Part shown: positions 18,386 to 28,961 of the stretch, piece by piece
Layout of the letters: each line of letters opens with the position of its first letter
Position numbering within the stretch: the stretch's first letter is position 1
Origin: an uncultured Gammaproteobacteria bacterium
GTDB taxonomy: Bacteria > Patescibacteriota > Patescibacteriia > 2-01-FULL-39-33
Direction of reading: 5' to 3'
Length of the DNA stretch: 64,000 nucleotides
Assembly (NCBI GenBank): GCA_964558935.1
Contig: CAZLFP010000005.1
Coordinates: 20,667 to 84,666, forward strand
The notes under the pieces: model-generated
The model's input: only the letters and a program-made list of their open reading frames with translations
Told to the model about the DNA's origin: nothing
The model's database searches: none
Position numbers and translations under genes: made by a program

Positions 18386-21300
18386 ATGAAGAGAAGAGGT
18401 GTTAACAATTTATGGAGGCCAATATTTGCCTTGGCAATTATTGGTGTGTTGTTATTCAGCTTGCCTGTTTTGGCCGAAGGAGGTGACGTTGATCCATATG
18501 GTTTAGGTCAAATTGAACAGCAAACGGTTTTTACAGACACCGGCCTGCTTGAGATCATTGCCATGTTGATTAATATCTTCATGGGTTTGTTGGGCATGAT
18601 TGCTGTCATTTTAATGATTTATGCCGGTTATTTATGGATGACGGCCGGGGGTAATCCCGAAAAGGTGGAAAAAGCCAGGATGATTATCCAAAGAGCTGTA
18701 ATTGGCTTAATTATTATTTTTTCGGCTTGGGCGATCGTGACTTTTGTCTTCTATTCCTTGGGCGTGGCAGTCGGTGATGGTGGCAGACAGTCTTGTAATG
18801 AGGAAAATCCTTGTCCGCCCGGTTACCAATGTGTTGATGGCAGATGCAACAGAATACCGGATTACAATTTTAGAACCAGAGAAGGTGAGTTAACTTATAT
18901 TTCCGGTGTGCGATCTCAATCTTTAGACTGGTCCAGATCAACCAGTCGTTATACTAGTTTGGTGCCTGTGCCGCCAACAGCTGATTTCCAGGTCAGAGGC
19001 TATGCTTTTAAACGTAATGAGATAATTGCGCTATTAGCTTTATATGGTGGTTTAGATGAACAGTCTTTAAATAACTTGGGTACTTATCCCATTACCATTT
19101 CTGAAACTCCCAGTACAGAAGTAGAAGAGTGGAGGGGCGTGGATTTGTCTGCTGTGCCAGTTGGTGAAAGCATCTATGTCAAGAATAGGGCTAATTCGCT
19201 TAATCCGGTAAGTGATTTACAGAGTTCTTTTGAATCTGATCTTTTAACTTTACGTGTGATAAATCAGCATTGTTTCAATGGTGTTTTAGATGGTGATGAA
19301 ACAGAAATCGATTGTGGTGGCAGCTGCGGAGCCTGTGCAGGTCAGAGTTGTCGCACTTTAGAGGATGATACTTGCAGTGATGCTAATTGCCGGTCAGGAG
19401 TGTGTGGACCGGATTGTGTTTGTGTAACTGAACCAACCATTGTTTTGGTCGTAGAGGATGACGGCGCTCCCGGTAATTACATTACCATCTATGGTCATCA
19501 TTTTGGTCATGAACAGGGTCAAGTTCATTTTTATACTACCGACGGAACTCTGTCAGCTACAGTAAATTGGACTGCTTTCCCGGACGAGTGTTCAAATACA
19601 TGGCAAACCGGTCATATCATTGCTGTTGTGCCGGCTTTATCTGCAGGTAATTACCAAATAGTGGTTGAGACCAGTGATGGTTTACTGAGTGAGGGTTATG
19701 CATTCGAAGTTAATACGGTTAACAGACCGGGTGTATGTACTATTCAAAACACCACTCTATCTCAACCCGGACAGTTGGTTTACGGTTTTGGTCAATCTGA
19801 AAATGAAGTTAAACTGATTGGCAACCAGTATCCGACCACCGTTGATGGTAATAATGAAGTACAGTGGTTATACCAAACATATAGTCAACAAACAGGTGGG
19901 TATGTAGATGATATCTACAACAGCCCAAGTAATACCTGGTCAACGGTTAATGAAGCCTTCGATGTAGTACCGGTTGGTCAGGATGGTCGGACAGCAGTTA
20001 GGGTATCTTTGGAACCAACCAAAAACAGTAATCCATATCCGTTCTTAATCTCTGCGGGTGGAGTTGGTGATCCATGTGGTGATCCTGAAGAACAGGTCTG
20101 TGCAGCAGCTGAAGTCTGTCAGCCTGGCTTGGTGTGCGATTTTGAGGATTGCACTTGTCAATTGGGTGAAGCTGAAACTTGCGGTAATGGACAAATTGAT
20201 CAAGGTGAGCAGTGCGATAGCTCAGCTGAAGCGATCTACAGTCAATTAGATGATGATAACAATCCGGATTGTTCTTTGTATGGAGATTATTTACCGGGTA
20301 GAAATGTTACCTGTCAGCCAAATTGTACAGTTAATGTCAATCCTTGTTTGCTAGCGTCTTTAGCCGGTAAGCCGTCTCAACACAATATTTATTCCTGGGC
20401 CTTTTTGAATATGTCTGGAACAGATATACCAAGGCCTGGTTTGTGCGGTAACAATATTTTAGATGATGGTGAAGATTGTGAAGATGTGGATGGCAGTCTT
20501 ACGTATCGAGGGGACAGAAGCACATGTCAGGCTTACGGCTTTAACAGTGGTACTTTGGCTTGTTCCAATTGTCAGTTAGACACTCAGAATTGTGAAGGAG
20601 CTTCCATTGGAGATAAGGCTTCTTCCCATGCCATTTACGGTTGGATTATCGGACACACGGGAGATTATAATCCAGGTGAGGAAGAGCCAACAATAGTTGA
20701 AGATTGTACTAGAGAAAGAACCTGCCGACCAGGCGCCAGATTGCCCAGTCCCACCCCTTGGAGTGAAGGCTGGACGTCAGCCACCAATATCAATGTTGAA
20801 AATCCACTGGCCTGTTTAGATGCCATTATTCTAGCTCGCTTTAGTTTGCCCATGGATGTGGATACCATTAATCCGGACAATATTAAAGTGTTAAAGAGAT
20901 TAGCGACTGGTGGTTGGCAAGAAGTTGCAGGTGATGTCGTTGCGGATTTGGATAGTGATAAGATGATTATCGGTAGTGATAACAGTGATATGGATAATGA
21001 TTATTTCAGATTCATTCCTACCACTAATTTAGAGCCTAATGCTTGGTACAAGGTGGTGGTCAGACAAACCGTTGAAAGTTTATCTGGCAGACAGATGAGA
21101 TTAAACCGAGTTGACCAAGCCAGAGTGAATGATCGCGAGTGTAATGTAAATGGCATTACAGATGCGGCTTACTGTTGGAATTTTCAAACTCGTAGTGCCG
21201 GGACATGTAATCCGGGCTGTGTGGAATGTTCACCGGATCCGCATACTATGTATTGGCAAGGTGCTACCACCAAGTATTTAGCTGATGTTGATAGTCAAGA

Positions 21301-24300
21301 TAATGTGTGTCTGTTGCTTAAAACCGGTAATACTGATTGGAATTGGTCTACAGATGATGAACCGACTGATGTTAAAGTTAGTTTGGGTTCGACCAATAAT
21401 TTTTATAACACAGGTACGGCCATTGATGAAAACATTTTTGACTCACCCGGCTATACCAAAATTATTACCCAATTGCGATCTTATACAGGCAAGGAAGATT
21501 TCTGCAGGGCTAGGGTGGATTTCACCAATCCGGTGGTGGTTGAAGATTCTTCCTGTTTGTATGGTAATATCCAAAGTCCTAGTCCTTGGATTAGTTCTGA
21601 TGATGCTTGCTTAAACGCTATGGTGTCAGCGCGTTTTAGTCGGGATATGACTGATGAGACTTTGAATTCTGGGAATATTTTAGTCTACCAATGTTCTGAT
21701 TTTGATTGTGATCTTACCGGCTTAACACCTATGACATACGGCCAAGTTGAAATTTTTCAATATTCTCATGTCTTGGATGACGTGACTGCCCAGCAGATTA
21801 TTGATCTTGGAGAACCGGAAGATGACGAGTTGCCTGAAGGTTTTTATATTCAACCTATAACCGGAGGCAATCCGGACGGCAACTTCAGATTTACACCCAA
21901 TACCTGGTACCGGGTGGTGATTAAAGGAGATACCGAAGGTGTCAGAGGTTCAACCGGCGGTAAGCTATTGAGAACCAATTACGCTCATGATGCTGACGGG
22001 GAAGTAAATGATTACACTTGGAAGTTTAAAACAGCCGGCAATGATTGCCAAGTAGACAGAGTGACAGTTACACCTCAGAAAAGGAGTATGTCAGCTGCTG
22101 GACAGAACCAGATTTACCATGCTTTGTCAGTGGCAGCCAATTGTAATTTGTTGAATTCAGCTTCTTTTAGCTGGGCTTGGAGATCTTTATATGAATTGGA
22201 TGATGACCGAGATGCGAATGATCCTGATTATGGCAATGCCAGTGATGTGGCTAGAGTTTGTCCTTACAACTCCAACGCTTTATGTGATTATACAGCTCTG
22301 ACTTCTGAGCAGAGCAGTTGGTTGACTCGGTCTAAAGTTCGAGTCTTCGGTATAGTTGACAGTGATGTTTATATTAAAGCACGAGCACTGGAGACCGGTC
22401 CTCAGTCAGCAGTTGCCGGCTACAATCCATTGGATCCGGAGATGGGTGATAAGTGGGATTACGGTACTTTGAGAATTGGTTACAGCGATCTTAAGGTCAT
22501 CGGTCATTCACCGGACAGGTTGACTTGCAAGATTCCAACTGCTGGAAATTATTCGGATTATGATATTCGAGTCAGATTTAACATTGACGTTGATACCGGT
22601 TCAATTAAACCCGGTGTTAATACTTTCTTGTATCAATGCGATCCAGAAAATAACGACTGTCATCCGGGGACTGAGCTTCAAACAGTTGATTTAACTCGTC
22701 TTAACACTACTTTGTATGCCAAAGAAATTGTCTTAAATCCTAACCAACAATTATCGCCTTACACCAGCAATACATATCGTTTGTTAATTCAAGGCGGTCC
22801 TAACACAGATCGTCCAATCGCTTTCAATGGCAAACGTCTCATGACTTTCAATTACAACAGTGCCGGCGGAGGTGCCGGTGAAGAGTGTGAACCTGATATT
22901 TTACCCTGGTCAGATTTTAGTGGTGTTTGCAATAATTGTATGTTAGACAGTAGTAAAAATTTATGCACTTATGCCAATGGCAGTTTTGCTGAGTGTCAGA
23001 ATAGTCTGCCCAATTCGTCTTTAGATTATTGTAATGATAAATGTTTTAACACCGGTAATGAGAATCGAGCTGCTTGTGGTGATGATTATGTCAATGTCGG
23101 TTATGAACAATGCGATGATGGCAACATTATTTCCGGTGATGGTTGCAGTAATGTTTGTTTATGGGAAGGAGCCGGTTCAGTAGCTGGCTCGGTCTGTGGT
23201 AATGGTGAACAAGAAGAGGGAGAAGCTTGTGATGATGGAGATCTGGATAATATTAATGAGTGTAACAATAATTGCTTGTTGACTGAAACTCCGGAACCGG
23301 GCTCTTTGCCGTACAGGCAGTGTCGTATTGAAGATAACTTTACAGTCTCACTGGGCGCTAATATTACTCCTCCCGACATTGGCGTGGCTCAACCGTTTGC
23401 TGGCACACCGCTCGACGATTACCGCAGTTATTATGTCAACAGTTCATTGTTTGGTAATAATAGGCATACTCCCTGGGGAGCTAAAATAATTGGCGGCCAG
23501 GTCATGATCGAGGCTCAAGGCAATGAAGGCAGTTCCGCCTTAATGACGGAAACTGAGGTTGACAGTGACCATTATCTTGTTAAAACCCAGATAATCGCCA
23601 ATGGTGCAATCACCAGTACAGATGATATTGGTTTGGCTTTTGGTTACCAAGATGAAAATAATTTTTGGTTGTTGAATTGGGCTGATGTTGGTTATCCTGG
23701 AGACAGAGCAGACACTTACCGCAGATTTAGATTAATCAACCAGTTTGGCCAAGTTGCAATTACTGCCACACCTTTCAATGTTGATGCACCTAATCATAAC
23801 TTTACTCTGTCGGTTGAAGTAATTAATTTTAGCGATGGAGCTCTTATCAAATGCTTTCGAGACAATACTCTACTGTTTAGTCATGAGGTTGACAGACGAG
23901 TGACCGGTCAGGTCGGGTTGTATGCCAGAGATCCGGATACTTCAGTCTTCTTTAATTTCTTAGATATCATTAATTTGGACTCGCAGTCCAACGACTGGTG
24001 TAATACTTTTGTCCAAACCCCAATTTGTGGCAATGGCACGGTTGAAACCGGCGAGGATTGTGATGACGGCAATACGGATTCCGGAGATGGCTGTAGCAGT
24101 AGATGCTTGCATGAGGGTTCTGTGAATGCCGTGTGTGGAGATGGCTTGGTTCAAACCGGCCAGGATGACAGTTATTCCTGGGTCTTTATCGTCGATAATA
24201 CGGAAGAAGCATGCGCTAGTGTTGAACCGGAAATTGTGATGGGACCATGTCCGAATGCTATTTGGAGAATTAAGACTAAGTTAGTTGATGAAAATGGCGT

Positions 24301-26350
24301 TTCAACCGGCATTGAGAGTTTGAATGTTAAAATTGAAGCTTCCAATCTGACTGTTACACACCAAGGTTGGTGGCCTAAGTTTAAGAATTGGTTTTGGGGT
24401 TTGTTTGGTCAATCCGCCGTGGCAGTCGATTATCCAAATCCTTTATTTGACTACACTTTTACTGCCACAGAATTAAGTGGTGATCTGCGCCAAACGCCTT
24501 CCATTTCTGGCAGCAGCGACGAGATATTGGGTTATCGTCAACAGGAAGAAGACGGTAATGTGTACTATGTGTTAAACATTATTCCGGGTCAGAATTGGAC
24601 CATAGATCGTCATTACCGTATTACCACCACAGATCAGGCTGACAATCAAACAGCAGTCGAAACTTATATTGAACCGGATATTTGTTTAATAGATGATCTG
24701 GAAGTCAATGTTTGGCCTAAAGGTCAGCTGGCTTTAGAAGATACATTTTTCTGCGCCGAAGCTTCGGGTTGTGATAGAGATCAGGATACTGCGACACCGG
24801 GTAACCAGCATATTTACCGAATTTGGGCCACCAATGGTAGACTGGGAGACAGAAAATCTTTCCTAAGATCTACTTCAACTTGGGAATTGAGTGTGATTCC
24901 TGATCTAGCTAATGTTTTAACTCGGCAAGATGCGAGTGCCACGACTTACCAAGGCGATCACTGGATTACGGCACAGGGTAGAACAGGAGGGCGAGCTTCC
25001 TTAAGAGTGACTGCCGGCAATCCTCAAACCAATGATGATGATTACACTCAGTCCATATATTTATTAGTCTTCCTATGTGACAATCCTTGGCCAGATCCAG
25101 ATAATTTCCCTTTCATTGACAGTGATAATAACTGTACCGGAGGTGACTGCGTTAACACCAATTTTTCCTTAGGCTATTGCCGTGATGCCGGCGAGCCTGG
25201 TTTTGCCGATGATCTGCCCAGATTGGATGAAAATGTCAGAGTTGTGGGTATGAATCCTGATTTAAATATTGTTAAGCAGATGTTCTTCCAAAAAATGGAT
25301 GATTCAGTTAATCCAGCAGTTGCCACTGGGGATACCATTGGCCTGAGAGTAATTAACAACAATAATTACTATAATCCAAGAACCTGGTTTGTCTCTCAGT
25401 TCAACCAAGATCCGGGTGCCATGTCGACCATAGATGGTTACCAATCCGTTGCTCAAGGTCCGACCAGCTATATTCACGCTGCAGATTTGGTGAATAATTG
25501 GAATACTGAAAAAAAGGCATACAGCACTAATTATGTTTTAACTTATACTCAGACCGGGGATGAAGACATTGTTAATATCTATAACCAGATGTTGAATAAT
25601 TTATTTTTCAATTACGGTATTCCAGAACAAGGTGGCTTGCCCACCATGGGTAGTTGTAAAGGCACTAGCTTTGCTTGTTGGTCTGATGCTGATTGCGACA
25701 GTCTGGGTCCCAACGCCTATTGTACTTCAGATAAAGCCAAGTTAACTCGAGATTTAAGAAGATTGGCAGATATGCAGGATATTGATTTAAGCTTGATGCA
25801 GTATAAGTCAGTTGAGCGTTGTTCCGGTTTGCCAACCAGATTGTGCGATAACCAAGATGATTGTGAGGGTTATGGTATGTGCGGCAATTTCTATCCATTG
25901 TTGCCCTCCGGCACTTATGTTCCAGCCAGAAGTATTTCAGTTTGGCCATCGTGGCAGGCAACTTTGGGTAATGCGCTGGGCAGGGCTTTGCCGGTTGACC
26001 CGATTAACCAATTCAGTGGCTGCAGTAGTCCGTATGAGGCGCAAACTTGTTGGGCTGAAAGTCTGAAGTCTTTTAATTGTTCAGCTGTTGCAACAGCTCT
26101 TGCTAATCAGTCAACCTATAATTACATTTATTTGTCTTCCAGACCGGATGAGACCACCTTGTCTAATGTTAGGTATTTATTGGCCAATAATGAGTTCTAT
26201 CCGAATTACAATACTTTGTGGCAGTCATTACCTCTAAACTTACGCAACTATACTGATATAGTGACTCATACTTTATTTACAGATTATGGTGCTTTCTTTA
26301 TTGATGACATCAATGGTACCTTTAACTGTGCCCGCGATTTAAGTTTATAA
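18386..26350 (+). CDS. giant secreted surface protein (2654 aa): pilin-like hairpin, at least 6 Myxococcus-type Cys-rich repeats, LamG/ConA-like domain
   Basis: N-terminal domain paralogous to the preceding gene (about 60% identity over about 100 aa). Repeats of form CGNGxxxxGExCDDGNxxxGDGCSxxC at several sites. LamG-like segment (DHYLVKTQI...FWLLNWADVGYPGDR...). Confidence 0.75.
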   Translation: MKRRGVNNLWRPIFALAIIGVLLFSLPVLAEGGDVDPYGLGQIEQQTVFTDTGLLEIIAMLINIFMGLLGMIAVILMIYAGYLWMTAGGNPEKVEKARMIIQRAVIGLIIIFSAWAIVTFVFYSLGVAVGDGGRQSCNEENPCPPGYQCVDGRCNRIPDYNFRTREGELTYISGVRSQSLDWSRSTSRYTSLVPVPPTADFQVRGYAFKRNEIIALLALYGGLDEQSLNNLGTYPITISETPSTEVEEWRGVDLSAVPVGESIYVKNRANSLNPVSDLQSSFESDLLTLRVINQHCFNGVLDGDETEIDCGGSCGACAGQSCRTLEDDTCSDANCRSGVCGPDCVCVTEPTIVLVVEDDGAPGNYITIYGHHFGHEQGQVHFYTTDGTLSATVNWTAFPDECSNTWQTGHIIAVVPALSAGNYQIVVETSDGLLSEGYAFEVNTVNRPGVCTIQNTTLSQPGQLVYGFGQSENEVKLIGNQYPTTVDGNNEVQWLYQTYSQQTGGYVDDIYNSPSNTWSTVNEAFDVVPVGQDGRTAVRVSLEPTKNSNPYPFLISAGGVGDPCGDPEEQVCAAAEVCQPGLVCDFEDCTCQLGEAETCGNGQIDQGEQCDSSAEAIYSQLDDDNNPDCSLYGDYLPGRNVTCQPNCTVNVNPCLLASLAGKPSQHNIYSWAFLNMSGTDIPRPGLCGNNILDDGEDCEDVDGSLTYRGDRSTCQAYGFNSGTLACSNCQLDTQNCEGASIGDKASSHAIYGWIIGHTGDYNPGEEEPTIVEDCTRERTCRPGARLPSPTPWSEGWTSATNINVENPLACLDAIILARFSLPMDVDTINPDNIKVLKRLATGGWQEVAGDVVADLDSDKMIIGSDNSDMDNDYFRFIPTTNLEPNAWYKVVVRQTVESLSGRQMRLNRVDQARVNDRECNVNGITDAAYCWNFQTRSAGTCNPGCVECSPDPHTMYWQGATTKYLADVDSQDNVCLLLKTGNTDWNWSTDDEPTDVKVSLGSTNNFYNTGTAIDENIFDSPGYTKIITQLRSYTGKEDFCRARVDFTNPVVVEDSSCLYGNIQSPSPWISSDDACLNAMVSARFSRDMTDETLNSGNILVYQCSDFDCDLTGLTPMTYGQVEIFQYSHVLDDVTAQQIIDLGEPEDDELPEGFYIQPITGGNPDGNFRFTPNTWYRVVIKGDTEGVRGSTGGKLLRTNYAHDADGEVNDYTWKFKTAGNDCQVDRVTVTPQKRSMSAAGQNQIYHALSVAANCNLLNSASFSWAWRSLYELDDDRDANDPDYGNASDVARVCPYNSNALCDYTALTSEQSSWLTRSKVRVFGIVDSDVYIKARALETGPQSAVAGYNPLDPEMGDKWDYGTLRIGYSDLKVIGHSPDRLTCKIPTAGNYSDYDIRVRFNIDVDTGSIKPGVNTFLYQCDPENNDCHPGTELQTVDLTRLNTTLYAKEIVLNPNQQLSPYTSNTYRLLIQGGPNTDRPIAFNGKRLMTFNYNSAGGGAGEECEPDILPWSDFSGVCNNCMLDSSKNLCTYANGSFAECQNSLPNSSLDYCNDKCFNTGNENRAACGDDYVNVGYEQCDDGNIISGDGCSNVCLWEGAGSVAGSVCGNGEQEEGEACDDGDLDNINECNNNCLLTETPEPGSLPYRQCRIEDNFTVSLGANITPPDIGVAQPFAGTPLDDYRSYYVNSSLFGNNRHTPWGAKIIGGQVMIEAQGNEGSSALMTETEVDSDHYLVKTQIIANGAITSTDDIGLAFGYQDENNFWLLNWADVGYPGDRADTYRRFRLINQFGQVAITATPFNVDAPNHNFTLSVEVINFSDGALIKCFRDNTLLFSHEVDRRVTGQVGLYARDPDTSVFFNFLDIINLDSQSNDWCNTFVQTPICGNGTVETGEDCDDGNTDSGDGCSSRCLHEGSVNAVCGDGLVQTGQDDSYSWVFIVDNTEEACASVEPEIVMGPCPNAIWRIKTKLVDENGVSTGIESLNVKIEASNLTVTHQGWWPKFKNWFWGLFGQSAVAVDYPNPLFDYTFTATELSGDLRQTPSISGSSDEILGYRQQEEDGNVYYVLNIIPGQNWTIDRHYRITTTDQADNQTAVETYIEPDICLIDDLEVNVWPKGQLALEDTFFCAEASGCDRDQDTATPGNQHIYRIWATNGRLGDRKSFLRSTSTWELSVIPDLANVLTRQDASATTYQGDHWITAQGRTGGRASLRVTAGNPQTNDDDYTQSIYLLVFLCDNPWPDPDNFPFIDSDNNCTGGDCVNTNFSLGYCRDAGEPGFADDLPRLDENVRVVGMNPDLNIVKQMFFQKMDDSVNPAVATGDTIGLRVINNNNYYNPRTWFVSQFNQDPGAMSTIDGYQSVAQGPTSYIHAADLVNNWNTEKKAYSTNYVLTYTQTGDEDIVNIYNQMLNNLFFNYGIPEQGGLPTMGSCKGTSFACWSDADCDSLGPNAYCTSDKAKLTRDLRRLADMQDIDLSLMQYKSVERCSGLPTRLCDNQDDCEGYGMCGNFYPLLPSGTYVPARSISVWPSWQATLGNALGRALPVDPINQFSGCSSPYEAQTCWAESLKSFNCSAVATALANQSTYNYIYLSSRPDETTLSNVRYLLANNEFYPNYNTLWQSLPLNLRNYTDIVTHTLFTDYGAFFIDDINGTFNCARDLSL

Positions 26351-26373
26351 TATATAAATCATAACTTAAGCAT

Positions 26374-27564
26374 ATGTTTGACGATCAAATGAAGAATCAG
26401 CCAGATAAAACAGGCCAACCACCAGCTGATTTACCTAAGGTGGAAGATATTTTTGCTGACTCAGAAACAAAAGCACAATCCAGCAGTCCTTTTAAGCCAG
26501 TACAGCCTCCCACGCAGCCACCAGCTCAGTCTGGTCAAGTTCAACCAACTCAGCCTGCAAAAAGTGCAGTAGATCAAATGCCTGACGGTATCAGTCAAGC
26601 CGAATTGTTTGGAGGTCGTTCAATTTTGGAAAATAAAGTGCTAGTGGCTGCTATGCTGGTCATTGCGGCTGTGGTTGTTGGTACCCTGGTCTGGTTTGGT
26701 TATGTGTGGTTTACCAATCGGACAATAGAGCCAGTTCCCGAGCCAAGTTCACAAACGGTTGTTACAACTGAACCCTCAGTCATTCCCCAGCCTGAACCAG
26801 CCCCTGCTCCCACTCCAGAACCAGAGCCGGAACCAGTTATGGCTAAAGACAGTGATTTTGATGGATTAACAGATGACCAAGAGAGAGATTTAGGTACAGA
26901 TCATTTGAAAGCAGATTCAGACGGAGATGGTTTAATCGATTACGCTGAGGTAAATATTTATCTAAGCAATCCTCTGGATGTGGATACGGATGATGACGGG
27001 TATAATGATGGTAAAGAGGTGACTAATGGCTTTGATCCAACCAGGCCGGGTAATGCTTTACTGCCTGCTTTTGACCAGAATGGCAATTTAAAACCTTTAC
27101 CGATTCCAACTCCTGATGAACCAGATTACAACGTTTTTAGTAATGAAACGTACAGTATCTATTTTGAATATCCCAAAGACTGGCCAACACCAAAGTTGGA
27201 AGTTAAACAGTTTAAAGATACTTATCCTACCATGCCAACCAATTGGTATTTGGTGACTGGTCCAGACTTGGAATGTCAGGATGAAGGTTGTATTCTAACC
27301 AGATTATACATCAATGTTTATCCTAAACTGGATTATTTGCGAGCCATAGATGATTTAAACAATATGCAGTTTGTGTCCGAAGTGTCTGAAGGTAATGTTA
27401 ACGGCATGCAAACAATTTCTTACAAAGAATCCGGAATGGCCGGGTCTAAGAAGACTATGATTTTTGGACCTAATTATTCTTTAGTGCTTAACACTTCGAT
27501 GCTGAACATAGATGATCGTTTTGATGCGTATATGCAAATTATTAATTCTCTTAATTTAAATTAG
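26374..27564 (+). CDS. single-pass membrane protein with Pro-rich linker and TSP3-like Asp-rich Ca-binding repeats
   Basis: Cytoplasmic Pro/Gln-rich N terminus; one TM ([24 protein letters not shown]); [15 protein letters not shown] linker; [12 protein letters not shown]...[12 protein letters not shown]...[12 protein letters not shown] repeats; C-terminal globular domain. Confidence 0.6.
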   Translation: MFDDQMKNQPDKTGQPPADLPKVEDIFADSETKAQSSSPFKPVQPPTQPPAQSGQVQPTQPAKSAVDQMPDGISQAELFGGRSILENKVLVAAMLVIAAVVVGTLVWFGYVWFTNRTIEPVPEPSSQTVVTTEPSVIPQPEPAPAPTPEPEPEPVMAKDSDFDGLTDDQERDLGTDHLKADSDGDGLIDYAEVNIYLSNPLDVDTDDDGYNDGKEVTNGFDPTRPGNALLPAFDQNGNLKPLPIPTPDEPDYNVFSNETYSIYFEYPKDWPTPKLEVKQFKDTYPTMPTNWYLVTGPDLECQDEGCILTRLYINVYPKLDYLRAIDDLNNMQFVSEVSEGNVNGMQTISYKESGMAGSKKTMIFGPNYSLVLNTSMLNIDDRFDAYMQIINSLNLN

Positions 27565-27569
27565 TAAGT

Positions 27570-28961
27570 ATGGATGACAATAACCAACAACCCAAACCAC
27601 AGCCAAACAATGTTGAGGATCTAATAAAGCAGCCGAGTACTAAGTCGGATGTGTATGTCATGCCAGAGAAATTCCATCCTAAACAAGCGCAGTCATCGAA
27701 TAAAGGCTTAATCATATCCATTGTAGTACTACTCTTGGTCATGCTGCTTAGTGGTACTTATTTAATCTATGTTTATGTAGTTCAACCTCAAATGCAGACT
27801 CAACCGGTGCAAGTCGTTCAGCCTACTCCTGAACCGGAACCGGAACCTGAACCGGAACCGGAACCGGAACCGGAACCTGAACCGGAACCGGAGCCTGAAC
27901 CGGAACCGGAACCGGAGCCTGAACCGGAACCAGCTCCTAAACCAACCGGTGAAATTACTGCCAGTCAAGATTCAGATCAAGACGGTTTAACTGATCCAGA
28001 AGAAGTTCTTTTCACCACTGATCCCAATTTGCCAGATACTGATGGTGATGGCTATTTGGACGGTACTGAAGTTACCAATGGTTTTAGTCCGTCTCAAGCC
28101 GGAGGAAGTCAGGCAGACATGTTGCCAGCCATGCCATATATCACTCAGGTGGAAACTAATTTCAGTAAAAATAATCTCAAATTATATTATTTTAAAGATT
28201 GGCAAATGAATCTATTTCCGGATAATTACGAGATTAGATTGACGATCCCAACTACAGGTGAAATGATAAAGGTGACAGTTAGATCTAATCCAGATAATTT
28301 GTCAGCCACCAATTGGTATTTAACCAACAATTCTTCAGTTACTTTAAGTCAGTTAACACGTATTGAAACAGATGAGTTAACCGGCATTTATTCACCGGAT
28401 AAGACTGAGGTCTATTTAACCGATGAAGACAGACAGAAATTCTATATCTTTGAATACCAGATAATGGATGACAGCAAGGAGCTGAGATATCCCAATATTT
28501 TAAGATACATGATAAAGAATTTAGAGATTGTAGCGGATGAGACTCAATCCGTGCCTGCTGTTGAACAAGTAGAATTAGATTTAGCTTTTGATAAATTTTT
28601 TAAAGATTGGATTGTTGCTTGGAATGACCGAGACGTAGAAACGCTGGTTAACATTTATGGCTATGGTGAAAGTCAGATTGAGGCGACAGAGGACAAGGCG
28701 ATTTGGCAGTACCAAAAGTATGAATTGTACCAAAATGAGGTGACTGAGTCACAGGGTAATTTTGACATTAAAGCGTATTATGTAGTGACTGATAATGACG
28801 GACAGTTTCAGATTTTGATTGTTAACGGTGGATATCTGGAGGATGGCAGCTCAGCCTATATTGGATCATGGCAGGTATATCCGAGTGAAGGCAGTCCGAT
28901 GTCGATTTTTGATTCTCAAGCGGCAGCTGAGCAGAAGATTGATGATTTAATCTCCTTATGA
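27570..28961 (+). CDS. paralogous single-pass membrane protein with (Pro-Glu)n linker and TSP3-like repeats
   Basis: Same architecture as 26374-27564: TM ([24 protein letters not shown]), (PE)~18, [12 protein letters not shown]...[13 protein letters not shown], distinct C-terminal domain. Confidence 0.6.
   Translation: MDDNNQQPKPQPNNVEDLIKQPSTKSDVYVMPEKFHPKQAQSSNKGLIISIVVLLLVMLLSGTYLIYVYVVQPQMQTQPVQVVQPTPEPEPEPEPEPEPEPEPEPEPEPEPEPEPEPEPEPAPKPTGEITASQDSDQDGLTDPEEVLFTTDPNLPDTDGDGYLDGTEVTNGFSPSQAGGSQADMLPAMPYITQVETNFSKNNLKLYYFKDWQMNLFPDNYEIRLTIPTTGEMIKVTVRSNPDNLSATNWYLTNNSSVTLSQLTRIETDELTGIYSPDKTEVYLTDEDRQKFYIFEYQIMDDSKELRYPNILRYMIKNLEIVADETQSVPAVEQVELDLAFDKFFKDWIVAWNDRDVETLVNIYGYGESQIEATEDKAIWQYQKYELYQNEVTESQGNFDIKAYYVVTDNDGQFQILIVNGGYLEDGSSAYIGSWQVYPSEGSPMSIFDSQAAAEQKIDDLISL
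27829..27937 (+). repeat. in-frame hexanucleotide tandem repeat (cc[tg]ga[ag])~18 encoding (Pro-Glu)n
   Basis: Directly visible near-perfect GAACCG/GAGCCT tandem units inside the CDS. Confidence 0.9.

Noticed and set aside
27829-27937. Tandem repeat considered as a possible CRISPR array
   Set aside because: Unit is 6 nt with no spacers, and it lies inside a coding frame. No CRISPR array was seen anywhere in the window, and no cas-like gene was recognised among the called ORFs.
27762-27968. Minus-strand ORF translating as (RF)n
   Set aside because: Mirror image of the (PE)n hexanucleotide repeat inside a well-supported + strand CDS; an antisense artefact.
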